The notes beneath the pieces were generated by a model. That model was given only the letters and a program-made list of their open reading frames with translations. It made no database searches and was not told the DNA's origin. From Leucoraja erinacea (taxonomy: Eukaryota): DNA of 64,000 nucleotides. Each line of letters opens with the position of its first letter. Positions within the stretch are counted from its first letter, which is position 1. Positions 52,012-64,000 of this stretch are shown one piece after another. The translations under genes and the position numbers were made by a program. The DNA lies in the NCBI RefSeq assembly GCF_028641065.1, contig NC_073395.1:21080001-21144000 (forward strand). Reading direction: 5' to 3'.

Positions 52012-52145
52012 AACGGAATCAGGGGATATGGGGAGAAGGCAGGAACAGGGTACTGATTGGGGATGATCAGCCATGATCACATTGAATGGCGGTGCTGGCT
52101 CGAAGGGCTGAATGGCCTACTCCTGCACTTATTTTCTATTGTCTA
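52012..52145 (+). mobile_element. CR1 3' UTR fragment
   Basis: gatcagccatgatcacattgaatggcggtgctggctcgaagggctgaatggcctactcctgcac. Confidence 0.8.
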
Positions 52146-52958
52146 AAGAGTGCAGATGGCTTTCTGCAGTGTTCTTACAACTCTTTCTATTTATAATTTC
52201 CACAGTTGTGGCTTTGCAATGTTGTAACCTCAGTCAATTGCAAATGTCCTGATGTTGTCACTGTCAACACTCCACCCCGGTGTTTGCATAACTCTGAACA
52301 CCATGGCTAAGGATTGCAATACAGATTCTCCTCAATTTACGTACACCCAACCTACAGACGACCCCGTGCATACGATAGAGGCTTTGGGAGATGGGCAGGC
52401 AGGATGGATTTGGCGGCTGCTGGCATCTTCTGCCAGGTGGAAATGGGATATTTCTGCGAGTCTTCTCTCCTCACTCTCCCACCCACTCCAGCCTCAACAA
52501 TCTGCTGGGCGGTGGAGCCCAGCCGAGCTGGGAGCTTTGAGCTTATTGTTTGCACAACAGCTGAAGGATTAAATGGGAGACAGACTCAGTTAAAGATACA
52601 GCTGCACTGATATAGCCAAACTGGGAACTCACAGTCCTTCTGATCTCTGGAAAATTCCCCAGCAGAGTCAAGTTTTTATTTCACACAGAGAGTGGTTAAC
52701 ACCTGGCATGTGTTGCCAGAGGTGGTGGTGGAGGCAGATGCTTGTGGTGTTTAAAAGAGGCTTTCAGATAGGCATGTGGAAATGCAGGGAATAGAGGGAT
52801 ATGCATCTTGTACAAGCAATGGGACCAGTTTCCTTGGCATCATGTTTGGCACAATAGGTTTGGACCCATTCCTATGCTGTTCTGTTCTGTTTTTTAATCA
52901 ATAATAAATAACTCAATAACAAAACTTTTGCTCAAGTTTCTAACATCTGCAGTTTTAG

Positions 52959-53000
52959 GATTAGTGACGTTTCAGGTTGAGACCCTTCTTCAGACTGATC
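52959..53000 (-). ncRNA. Minimal hammerhead ribozyme motif (solo pLTR fragment)
   Basis: GAUCAGU CUGAAGA AGGGUCUCAACCU GAAAC GUC ACUAAUC; helix I pairs 6 of 7; helix II weakened. Confidence 0.55.
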
Positions 53001-53869
53001 CTGACCCAAAAGAACACCTTTGGCCCTAAGATTTAGCTCTTAGGGCTAAAGGAATCAAGGCATATGGGGAGAAAGCAGCAACAGGGTACTTATTGTAGAT
53101 GATCAGCCATAACCATAACCATTACATGCCTACACCTGCACCTATTTTTCTATGTTTCTATATTTATATCCATGTTCTCCAGGGATGTTGCCTGACCCGC
53201 TAAGTTACTTTGTGACTCTTTTTTGCAAAAATCAGCATCTGCAGTTCCTTGTGCCTCAACTTTACTCTTCAATCAGTTACAACCATCACAGTCTTTCTAA
53301 TTGAATCACGAAGGTGTTTCAATTAGCTGAATGAGTGAGCGAAAATATGGTAGATAAAATATAATGTGGAAACATTTGAAGCCATCCACTTGATTACACA
53401 TAACTGGAAAACAGAGTATTTGTAAAGTGGTGAGCGATTGGGTAGTGTTGATGTTCAGGACGACCCAAGTGTGCTCGTACACAAGTCACTGAAGACCAAC
53501 ACCTGATTAGGGGAGGGGGGCAAGTGACATATTGTGTTTGTAAGAAATGTATTTAATTGAATGAGTCTTCTTCTTTCGAGTCCATCTTGTTACAAATTTT
53601 GACCTCGCTGTCATCGTCCGTCAGCTCCGCGACTTGAACGCTTCTGCTATGGGGCCATTATCTTAAGAAGTCTTATTGCAATTGTTTAAGGGTATGTTGA
53701 GATAACATGGAATATTGTGTGCTGCTTTGGTCTCTTTACCTAAGAAAGGAAAGTATTCAAATGAAATAATTTTATATCCAGCATCAGTCATGATCTAGAA
53801 ACATTCCCACTGCAGCGCAAAGCAGCTCAGAATGTCTCGACTTTGGTTAAGACAGTGGATGTACAAGGC

Positions 53870-54192
53870 GAGAAATGAGGAACTGCAGATGTTGAATTAT
53901 AATATAAAAGAGACAAAGTGCTGGAGTAACTCAGTGGGTCAGGTGTATCTCTCCAGATCAATGTAGAAACAAGGAACTGCAGGTGCTGGTTTACAAAAGA
54001 GGACTCAAAAGTGCTGGAAAAAGTATCCCAACCCAAAACATGACCTATCCATGTTCTCCAGAGATTCTCCAGCACTTTTTGTCTATTTTTGATATAAACC
54101 AGCATCTGCAGTACTTTGTTTCTATAACCTATCCATGTTCTCCTGAGATGCTGCCTGACCCACTGAGTTACTCCAGCACTTTGTGTCCTCTC
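53870..54192. repeat. Cluster of Penelope pLTR-derived inverted repeats directly upstream of CCDC107
   Basis: Alternating copies of aggaactgcagatg/acaaagtgctggagtaactcag and their reverse complements. Confidence 0.7.
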
Positions 54193-54194
54193 TG

Positions 54195-54680
54195 GAGATC
54201 AGGGCGTTCGCGTTTCGAAACTGCTGGTACGGCGCGGGCGTCTCCCCTTCCGTAGGGCAGGCGGCGCCGAGGGACTGATGCCGAGCGGCGGCCTCTCTCC
54301 GTACGCAAGGCCGAGGCTGTGTCCGCGGCCTACTCGCCCGCATGGCGATTGCCATGGCGCAGCAGACAGCGCTGGCCGTCTGCCTCTTCATCTGCGCCTT
54401 TGTGGTGGTGCCGAGGATTCTGCTGGGGTCGGGCGGAGGGAAGAAGGAGGCGGCGGCGCGGTTGTCGGGAGCGGGACACCGGCGCCCAGGTAGAGGAGGG
54501 CGGGGTGAGGGGAGCCTCAGCCCCGGGGAGAGAGTGGGTTCCCAGGGAGGGGTTGCCCGGGAAGAGGGGATCCCCCGGCCTTGGGAGCGAGGCAAGCCCC
54601 TGGGGGGGGAGGGGGGACCCAGGGAAGCACTTGAAATGGATACCTCGGCGTGCAGGGCAGATGCTGGGTTTGAGACCTGA
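54195..54680. promoter_or_regulatory. CpG island / promoter of CCDC107
   Basis: CpG-dense, GC-rich block spanning the first coding exon. Confidence 0.65.
54342..54489 (+). CDS. CCDC107: CCDC107 exon 1
   Basis: MAIAMAQQTALAVCLFICAFVVVPRILLGSGGGKKEAAARLSGAGHRRP; ccag|gtagag. Confidence 0.82.
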
Positions 54681-57600
54681 TCGAAGTATCTAAATTTATG
54701 AGGCATAAATAGGGCAGACAGCCAGAACTATATTGTTCCTTATTTATTGAACTTTTTTATATTTTTGTTTGTGTATTAATTATTGAGTAATATGTTTACA
54801 AACGTGTTACTGTGTTGCAAACAAAGATCCTATAGGATCTTTGGTTGCAAGTAAGAATTTCATTGTTCTGTTTTCAGTACACATGACAATAAAACACTCT
54901 TGGCTCTTAACCCTTTTCCCACGGTGAAGAGGGCATAGCTTTAAGGTGAGAGGGACAAAGATTAAAGGAAAGGTATGGGGCAAGTTTTCTTTTATACAGA
55001 GGGTGGTGGGTGCCTAGAATGCTTTGCCAGCAACCTGCATCATCTAGGACCCACACCACCCTGGCCACGCTCTCATTTGTGGTGTTAGGGTTGAGATGAG
55101 GTGAAATGTTACTTGGAGGATTGTGAATCTTTGGAATTCTCTATACTCAGCTGTGGAAACGTAGTTGCCATGTTCATTCAGTTTTGAACCGTTTGTTCAC
55201 GGTACAGAAGTTTGAAAACATATCTTCAGATTCAGGGACACTTTCTTCTCAGCTGTTATTAGGCAGATGAACAATCCTATCACCAACTAGACAAAGGAAA
55301 CTCTTGGACTATGTTTACTGGTCTTTATCTTGCGTTATTCCCTTAAATCTTGTATCTGTACACTGGACAGCTTGATTGTAATCATGTACAGTGTTTCCAT
55401 TGACAGGATAGCACACATCAAAAAAGCTTTTCAGTGTACCTCGATACGCGTGACAATAAACTAAACTAAACTTTAGATTTTTCAACATTTAATGGAATCA
55501 AGAGATATGAGGGTGGTGCAGGGAAATGGTGCTGAAATGTATAATGGACCATGATCAATGAATAATGGAGCAGGCTGAATGGCCTTTTTTCCTACCCCTT
55601 GAGCTTTACATGTTCTCATTTGGCCTATATATAACAAGCATAATGGATCCTGGGGCTTATGGAGGTATGCAGTACATAAGTACAAAATTATGGTGAATCT
55701 TTACAAAATACTACTTGGCCACTTTTGGAATTTAGTTTACAGTTCTGGACACCACAGTTTAGGGAAAAAAATGAAGGCTTTTGAGAGTATTTGAAAGTGA
55801 TTTTACTAAGTTGGACTGCTTCTTGTAAGCTAACTGTGATTCTGGAAAGGTGAAAATGTCTCATCTGAAAGATTGCACCCTGGATCCAACTCTGCCTGCG
55901 TATCTTTACCAGAATGATGCATGAATTAGGCGGTATGGAGAGGGTGGACAGACTTGGATAGTTTTCTCTGAAACGCTGGAGGTTGTGGGGAGACCTGATG
56001 GAAGTACATAAAGTTATGAGAGGCACAGATTGGGTAATAATAATAATAATACATTTTATTTATTGGGCGCCTTTCAGACATCTCAAGGACACCTTACATA
56101 GATTAACAGGAATATAAACATATAATCAGAATAAAATAAATAATAAAGACATCACAGAAACACAAATTAAACACAGAATTCAGTCCAAAAACAAAAAATC
56201 AAAAACACAGTGTGAAGAGAGAGCAGCGGCAGCTAAAGCACGCCAGCGTCCACTCTCCCTTCACGGCAGCCATCTTGGACAAAGACTAACAGGATTACCA
56301 TACAGACAAAAAATCATCCCCCCAACAAAGGTTACCACTGTGGGCGAAGGCACAATGTCCAGTCCCCAACCCCAAGTTCACCCCAAAGTCAGGCCTATTG
56401 AGGCCACTGCAATTGCCTCTACGGAGGCCCAATGTTCCTGTCCGTTCTCACCGGGTGGTGTTTCCCCGGCGTCGGGAGAGTCCTCTCAGCGGCTGCGCCA
56501 CCTGGAACGGCCGCTTTCTAGCTGGAGACCGCGGCTTCCGAAGCCGACAAGGCCGCGCCGGTTTGGAGCTCCCAGGCTCCCGATGTTGAAATCGGCGCCG
56601 CCCGCTCCGCAGACCCGCAGCCCGGAGGTGTTGAACATGGCGGTCACAGCTCACCGGAGCTCCAGCGCGTCGATCCAGCGCGGCGACCCAGGCAAGGCAT
56701 CGCCCGCTCCGCTCCACTATAGCCCTCCAGCGCTGTGCCGCCACCGAGGCCGAGGTGCTGGGCGGTCCCCTGCCAGGAAACGGTGCTCCAAACCAGCTGG
56801 CAGGCCACGAGGATGGGTCGACGGGCAGCCCGGAGAAAAAGCTGCCTCACCGACCAGGTAGGGACCTAGAAGTAAAATTGACCCCTACCCCCCACATTAA
56901 AAAGTCCATATCTCCAAACATCACTAAACAGGACTCACTAAAAACTTTGTTTACTAAAAACGTTGTCACTAAAAACCCAAGATGTCTCCTCCTACAATGT
57001 AGTAGACCAGGGCTTCCCAACCTTTATCGTCCCGTTTACCCCTGGTGACTTTAATAGCACATAACAATGTTATTTCACTTATTTATGAACAACTAATGAT
57101 GAACAGATATACCAGAACCAAACACAGTCAGTCAATGAGAATAAATATGTATTGTTTTGTTGTATTGTAGTCAATTTATTGTCATTATCTCATATTGGAG
57201 ACAACAAAATGAATTTTCCTTGCAGTCGAGTATCATAAAAATAAATAATAAATAAATAAAACATATTAAAATTAAAATTAAAATAAAGCACAAACACAGA
57301 AGTCCACGACACAACATAACCACAACACAGTGGCACCAAAGTTGAGGAAGGTACCATAGTCCAGCCAGCCTCCCCGCCGATCTTCCAAGATGTTCACCCG
57401 TGGTCGGGGCCTCCCGAGCACCCGCAGTCGCCGCCGTGGGCGGCCCGATGCTCAGGCCTTCGCAACGGGATGATGTACAAATCCAGAATCAGCAAATTTA
57501 GCCCCTGGGGGTAAATTTACCCCAGGTTGGGGACCCTTGGGGTAGACGGTAAGAATGCTTTTCCCAAGATGGAAAAACAAATACCAGAAGGCACAGCTTT

Positions 57601-60600
57601 AAGGTGAGAGGGGTAAGGTTTATGGAAAATTTGTGTGACAAATTTATTTTTACCGAGAGGGTGTTGAGTGGCTGGAATATGCTACTGGGAGCAGTGGTTG
57701 AGCAGATATGTTAGTGGCATTTAAACGACTTTTGGATAGGCACCTAGAGTTTAGCTTATTGTCACGTGTAGTGAGGTACAGTGATATTTTGTTATGTGCC
57801 ATCCAGTCAGCGGAAAGACAATACTGTATATGATTAATCAAGCCGTTCACAATGTACAGATACAGGATAAAGGGAATAACATTTAATGCTAGATAAAGTT
57901 CAATTAAAGATAGTCCGAAGATTATGGAGAGATATTGGTTATGTGCAGGTAGATAACTGATGGTCTTGGTATGATGTTCAGTGCAGCTGTTGTGGGCAGA
58001 AGAGCCTGTTCTTGTGCTGTGCTGTTCAGTGCTCTGTGTAACGCACTGAAGGTTTATGTGCCTATGTTTCTGGATTGGGGTTGAAACTTTTGGCCTTGTG
58101 ACTTAGGTTTTTAGTTTAGTTAACAGTTCGGAAACAGGCCCTTTGGCCCACCGAGTCTGCGCCGACCAGCGATCCCCGTACACCATCTTACAAAGTAGGT
58201 ACCATTTGCAATCTTATTTGCAATCTTTACTGAAGCCAATTAACCTACAAACCTGTACATCCTTAGAGTGTGGGAGGAAACTGATGCACCCGGGGAAAAC
58301 CCACGCGGTTACAGGGAGAAAGTACAAACTCCGTACGGACAGCACCCATGGTCAGGATCGAACCCGGATCTCTGGTGCTGTAGCGCAGCAACACTACCGC
58401 TGCGCCACTGTGCCACCCCAAAGTGGGACTTGGAAGGAACCATTGAGATACAGCTGATGGCCTATAGTATTCACAATGCAGTAGCAAGTAAAGTCTCAAC
58501 CTATGGTATGTCATTCCACCCATGAGTCTAGGAAATATCTTTGTAAGCATTGTCACTGGTAATTATAATTTATATTAACAAAATCAATTATTTAGTTTGC
58601 AGACAGCTTCACTGAAACGTGTTGTGAAACTTATGTAGGTCTTTTTTCACTATCAACCTTTTTTTTAGCCTCTATATTTTGTCTTCTCTCCATCATCTAG
58701 CTCCTTTTCCATGCCAAAGGTGCATTTTATTCCTTTTTTTAGGCTTCATTTCTTCTGGTTAAAGTTCAAGTAACATTGTTTGGTGACTGAAGAGTTAATT
58801 CAAACAAATCTTCCAAAAAAGTTGTAGGATTGTTTTCAATGACCAGTAATTAGCATAGGATTTACCAACACAAACCATGACGTGCCAACTGGGACAATGA
58901 TGTCTGCAAGTTATGTACACGTGGAATTTGTTTGAATCCAATCATAATGTTAAAATTGGGTGGGAAGGAATATGAGGCTCTACCAATCTTTGCCTTTTAA
59001 ATTCAGAAAGTAGAAGGCTGCAGGTGAACTTATATCCTCCTTTTTGTCAAGTATGACAATCTGGGCGAGTTCTCGGTTATCTTTTAAATTTAGCACTTGG
59101 TAATTTCTGTAGGTTGTATGGCAGCTAAAGCCAACTCGTGCCGGTAAATGATAAGTATAATTGCAATAGTTATTGCCTTTGTGTTATTGCCCTTGTATTA
59201 GGCAAGTATCATAGGGAAAAATAAAAGCATCCCAAAGTATGCCATTGATGTATCTGCACATATGTGATATGAGCCGAGTGATAGGTTCTCTGATTTAGGT
59301 TGAGTACCTCTGGTTGGGCCTTGTATGGGTTAATTGGGAATTTATCTGGATCCTCTGATTAGAGAACTATTAGAATTTACAGTAGATCTATGTAAGTTGT
59401 AGGTTTTCCTGGAAAAAAAACTGCCCTCAATCCCATTTTTCTGCTTTCCCCAAAGATTTGGAGCTTTCTCTTAAAATATTTATCCACTTTCTTTTTCAAT
59501 ACGAGTGTGGATATTACTGTCAGCTCTGTTCTTGCATTCTCTGCATGAATTATGTTGCTCCCTCATCCCTCTTTCTTATTTTGCCAATGATGGTAAATTT
59601 GAGATTTATAGTTATCGACCTGCCAGCCAATGATAAAGGTTTACAGTACAAAATCTCGTGCAATTTTGAACTTTTACAATTAAGTACCTGTATAAGAAAG
59701 CTACTTTTGATACAGCAAGCCATTTTAAGAGGCAAACATTCTCTGAACCTTCCCATATTGTGTTTTATATATTTATTGCATACTTGGTATGGCTGAGTTT
59801 GGCTTGTTCTGTGCTTCATATTATGGAATACTGGATAAAGATGATCATTTATTGTCAAATCTCTTCATTTGACCGATGTTGCAGGCTCTGGAAGTGGCCA
59901 GCCAGTGTCCTCAAACTCGGAATCAAATGACCCCAAAGGACAACCTAATCTCAGGATGCAGCCAGCGAGAAATCAAAAAGAAGCAAATGATGAAAAGACT
60001 CAAGGCCGAAACAAAGGATTTATTTTCCAGTTCTTACCACTTTATGCAATAGGGATTGGTGCATATGCTGTTTACAAACTCATGCAAGTACGTGAATCAC
60101 TAGTACACTTATGACTGCTTACCTTTGTAGACATAACCTGCAGCACACAAAGCCATGCGGACTATCTCTAATTAGCCCACTCTCTTCCAAATTTAATTAA
60201 ATCCTATCTTTGCAAGGTCGCTACAATCTCCTCTTTTGCGCTGCAAAAGATATGCTGCCTGACCCGCTGAGTTACTTCAGTATTTTGTGTAAGAAGGAAC
60301 TGCAGATGCTGGTTTAAACCAAAGAGAGATGCAAAAAGCTGGAGTAACTCAGCGGGACAGGCAGCATCTCTGGAGAGAAGTAATGGGTGGCGTTTCAGGT
60401 CGAGACAGGTCTCGATAAGTCCTTGATAATTCATGTATGTTTTACAGATAATGAAATCTAGAATATACTGCTTCGGAAAGACAAAAACCTGTTGCTTTGT
60501 TTCCAAATAATTTATTTTACAGTTACGACCTACCACTGCTTGATTTTCTTTTCTTGCACTTTCAGTTAAAGTTCAACGAAAATGAAAAACTAAGTAATGA

Positions 60601-63600
60601 AAAAAAGAAGCGGGTTGAAGATGAAAAGAAAAATACAGGTACATGTTTTTAAATTATTAATGCTGATAATTCTATAGATTACAGTATGTTAACCAAAGTG
60701 CAACTTTAACCAAAGTGTGCAACTTTAACCAAAGTGTGAAAAGGCTGTGATAAATAATAATCGCAGATGCACAGAAATATTTTAGGCATTCAGATTTTCC
60801 ATGTCACACATTTCTGATTCAGATATGTTTCACATTTTAACACATTAAATAGAATACTGGAACTTCCTACCTAAGAGCACTAAAAGGAGTATGTACAGGA
60901 ATTTAAATGATTGCTTTTGAAGGAGTGCATCAAATTCATGATTATTCTTGACACGATTATTGTAAAGGAGGTGGAAATGGTCCTGTGTGTGTTCTGGATT
61001 TTGGTCTTATTTGGGAGTACTTTCACAATCGGGACTGCAGTGGTTCAAATTGAGAGCCATTTGGAGGATAATACGTGCTTTCCTGTCTAGTGAATGTGTA
61101 TTGCTAGAATTAAGACTTTTGGGGAAGAAGGTTGAAAATCTTTTAAAGCTGCACTGAAGTGTAATTTTTTTAATGCTGCACTGGATCACTGAAGATGATG
61201 CACAATTCTTCAGATAGAGTACGGCAGGTTAATTGGCCTCTAAATTGCTCCAAGTGTGTAGCGAGTGGATGGGAAAGTAGCAAAATATAGTGCTAGTATA
61301 TGGGTGATCAGTGGTCGGTGTGGGCCGAACGGCCTGTTTCCGAGATTTATCTCTAAATTAAACTTAATGCTTGACACATCTTGCAACAAGAGTGCTTCCA
61401 AGAGAGCCAAGAGTGGAGACACAAAGAACTGCTAATGCTGGAATTTTGCATAGAACTCAAAGTGCTGAAGTAACTCAGTGGATCAGGCATAATCTTTGGA
61501 GGGTATGTCTAGCCAACATTTTGGGACCTTTCTTTAGGCTTCCTGACCCGTTGAGTTACTTCAGCACTTTGTGTTCCATGCAGAGCTAAGATTGATACTT
61601 ATAAAATAATATTTGGACTTCAGAGCAATCTAGGCAATTAGGAATTTTGTTTTGTTCTAGAAAATCAGCTTTCTGATCTGGAGATGCGTTTAGCACAGAC
61701 TGAGAGAATGTTGGCCTCGTTAGCAAAAGAGTTAGATCCACTAACCAACAGGTAAGTGCTGCAATTTCTCTTTTTTTGTTTGTTTGATTGTGATATTTTA
61801 ATCTTGGTAAATTTCCTCTTTGTCTACCCAGTGCAATTGCACATATTAATTTACCCGTGAATGTGCCAGTCCGAAGAAGGGTACATCATTTATCCATATT
61901 CTCCAGAGATGCTGCCTGACCTGCTGAGTTTCTCCACCACTTTGTGTCCTTTTGTGCAAACCAGCATCTGCAATCCTTGTTTTTACAATTTGCTGGTCCT
62001 GATTTTTTTTCGCTTCTACCGAGTTTAGCCTATTAATGATAATTAGTGGGCAGATGCCTTGACCTCATTCCTGAACAGTAACTTAGGTACTATCTCTGGT
62101 GAGCTTTGTTGTGGTTCAGCCTGAGGAGGAGCATGGCAGTACCACCATAACCGGAGACCTATGTCTTTAACTGCACTAGTTCATAATGTAAAAGTAGTTG
62201 TCCGATTTATTCCACCAGCGTGTCTGCCTGAATTTTATAGATTTCTATCAGGTGCCCTCACAACCTCCCTGGAGACCTGCCAGAAGAATATGAGATTATA
62301 GCAGGCATAGATGGGTAGACAATCACAACTTTTTCCCCAGGATGAAACAAATCAAATACTAGAGGGCAAAGCTTTAACATGAGAGGTGCAAAGTTTACAG
62401 GTGATATGCGGGGCAAGTTTTTTTTTTTACACTGAGGGTGGAAAGTGCCTGGAACTTGCTGCTGGGAATAGTGGAGGAGGCAGATACGATAGAGGCATTT
62501 AGGAGACTTTTGCAGAGGCACATACATGTGCAGAGAATGAAGGGATATTGATCATGTGCAGGCAGAGCAGATTTGGTCTTGACATCACGTTTGGCATAGA
62601 CATTGTATGCCGAAGGGCCTGTTTTTGTGCTGTTCTCTTCTGTGCTCTGTATTCTATGTAAGCACTATTTGCCCTGCTTAACTATATGAGCTCAGTTGTA
62701 TTTATTGCTTTGCATTTACTATAGTGTCAACGCTGTTGCTTCTGGGCAGAAGAATGAAATCATGACACAGCTTCAACAAATAAGAAAACTGATAAAAGAG
62801 AGGCAGGCACCTGATGTTGATGGTAAAAGTATTAATGTAAAGGTCCTGAGAAATTGCAGTAGTGAAAATTACTTTAAAGTATGCCACCAGTATCTTTATT
62901 ATGGTATAGTTTGTAGTCCTTTAAACCCTAGTCATTAAACCCACCTTTTTGACCACGTAATCTTGCTAATACCTTTTTTAAATGTTCAGTATCAAATTTA
63001 AGTTGATTACTCTCTTGTAAAACTCTTTGACGGATTTCTAAAATATTAAAATTGCCATATAAATGTAATTTGTTTCCAGTGCATAATGTTAATCAGACCA
63101 TTTGTTTTCTTTTTTGAAAGAGACGTCGTGAAAAATCGGAAATCTAGAAAATATATTAAACTGCATAAATGTGATTATATAAATTACATATAAATGTAAT
63201 GTTTTAACCAGAGCATAATGTTAATCAGATAATTTTTCTTTTTTTGAAACTGGTGTGAAAAATGGAAAATTTAGAACAGAAATGATACATTTTATAAAAC
63301 AAACTTGTGATATTATGATTTTGGAAATTCTATATAATTAATACACTTCCAGTTCAGAATTTTAATATAAACATTTTCTTTACTAGATGATCTACTTTCT
63401 ATCACTGAGAATCTCAAAGGATATATCCAGAGCGCTGAGGAAAAGACACAGTTGTCGGAAGATCTTGCCTTTCCAGATAGTGAGGAAGATTCACTAGAGG
63501 ATATTGACTCGATAAATAGCAAAGCATTTCTTCATGAAACTGAGTCTGTGGACAGCAGCTCCATAGAGGACTCTGAGGGGGACTTTGAACCGATGGGGAA

Positions 63601-63667
63601 TTTGCCAGAAACCCGTGGGGTCATGGAGTTGAGAAAACGCAACAAACTGAATGAGTTTTCAAACTGA
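54342..63667 (+). CDS. CCDC107: Coiled-coil domain-containing protein 107 (RIC3 family), whole gene model (297 aa)
   Basis: join(54342-54489,59885-60087,60566-60638,61661-61751,62725-62822,63387-63667) = 894 nt, all GT-AG; N-terminal hydrophobic ..FVVVPR, second TM FLPLYAIGIGAYAVYK, coiled coil QLSDLEMRLAQTERML..LDPL, acidic tail ending LRKRN. Confidence 0.85.
56036..56960 (-). mobile_element. GC-rich non-autonomous element with L2-type tail
   Basis: Tail taataataatacattttattt..gc..ttca..ctcaa...ttaca resembles the L2 tail at 47292-47360; non-coding GC-rich body; sits in a CR1 relic. Confidence 0.6.
57008..57539. mobile_element. hAT-like MITE with internal insertion (~57152-57473)
   Basis: TIRs cagggcttcccaacc / ggttggggacccttg; flanks tagtagac / gggtagac (imperfect 8-bp TSD). 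Confidence 0.7.
58108..58418 (-). mobile_element. tRNA-derived SINE (HE1/V-SINE-like)
   Basis: Reverse complement of the 11435/43484 family with gggttcgatcc B-box. Confidence 0.85.
59885..60087 (+). CDS. CCDC107: CCDC107 exon 2
   Basis: SGSGQPVSSN...RNKGFIFQFLPLYAIGIGAYAVYKLMQ|gtacgt. Confidence 0.88.
60566..60638 (+). CDS. CCDC107: CCDC107 exon 3
   Basis: LKFNENEKLSNEKKKRVEDEKKNT; tttcag| and |gtacat. Confidence 0.85.
61661..61751 (+). CDS. CCDC107: CCDC107 exon 4
   Basis: NQLSDLEMRLAQTERMLASLAKELDPLTN; ttctag| and |gtaagt. Confidence 0.9.
62725..62822 (+). CDS. CCDC107: CCDC107 exon 5
   Basis: VNAVASGQKNEIMTQLQQIRKLIKERQAPDVD; atag| and |gtaaaa. Confidence 0.85.
63387..63667 (+). CDS. 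CCDC107: CCDC107 exon 6 (acidic tail, stop)
   Basis: DLLSITENLKGYIQSAEEKTQLSEDLAF...MELRKRNKLNEFSN*. Confidence 0.82.
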
Positions 63668-64000
63668 ACTGCTGAGGGTCCCCTTTCAATATCTCTGGTT
63701 CATTTTGGTTGGTATAGTTCGGTTTTGCATGGTTGATGCATCATTACATAAGCACACACTCGGGTAGCACAAACTTTATTGTCTCTACTATATACACCAA
63801 AGTGTAGACATGTTTATTGTAACTAGCATCCTTATTCTTTATTCAAGTATACTGATGTTTATATATTATATATAAATTCACCAATGAAAGTTAAAGTGAG
63901 AATCCATTTAATTACCAACATAATTTTATAATTAATTTACCATTTGTATGTTAGAAGCCGGAAATCCCAGATAGGGAAGATGAGCTGTTAAATTGTAGAG

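Noticed and set aside
52252-52610. Overlapping ~100-aa ORFs between CR1 scraps
   Set aside because: No recognisable domain or convincing partner exons; probably decayed repeat
53605-53630. tcatcgtccgtcagctcc resembles a stretch of RNase MRP RNA, which neighbours CCDC107 in human
   Set aside because: No GGAAAGUCCCC / ACACGGGGCU P4 core nearby on either strand that I can see; it sits in a short insert within a CR1 relic. An Infernal search with the RNase_MRP model would settle it

Overview
Eukaryotic, repeat-rich vertebrate genomic DNA. The repeat repertoire (tRNA-derived HE1/V-SINE-type SINEs, CR1, Penelope-like elements) points to a cartilaginous fish, probably a skate or ray; this is inference. 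Four spliced protein-coding genes were reconstructed by hand from GT-AG junctions. Three form a tandem cluster of GLIPR1-like (CAP/SCP superfamily) genes on the minus strand: copy C (37494->29193, 6 exons, 252 aa, canonical); copy B (25478->7945, 6 exons, 251 aa, both conserved CAP histidines lost, GPI-like tail); and copy A (only exon 1, 3560->3390, lies in the window). The fourth is a divergently oriented CCDC107/RIC3-family gene on the plus strand (54342->63667, 6 exons, 297 aa). Most of the rest is transposon-derived: Penelope-like elements with hammerhead-ribozyme motifs, CR1/L2/Tx1 LINEs, SINEs, a Tc1 with a nested Gypsy LTR element, non-autonomous Helitrons carrying minisatellites, and ISL2EU-like, hAT-like and unclassified DNA transposons. 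There is also a minisatellite apparently built from a LINE 3' tail and a 317-N assembly gap. Most ORFs in the supplied track are TE relics or spurious.
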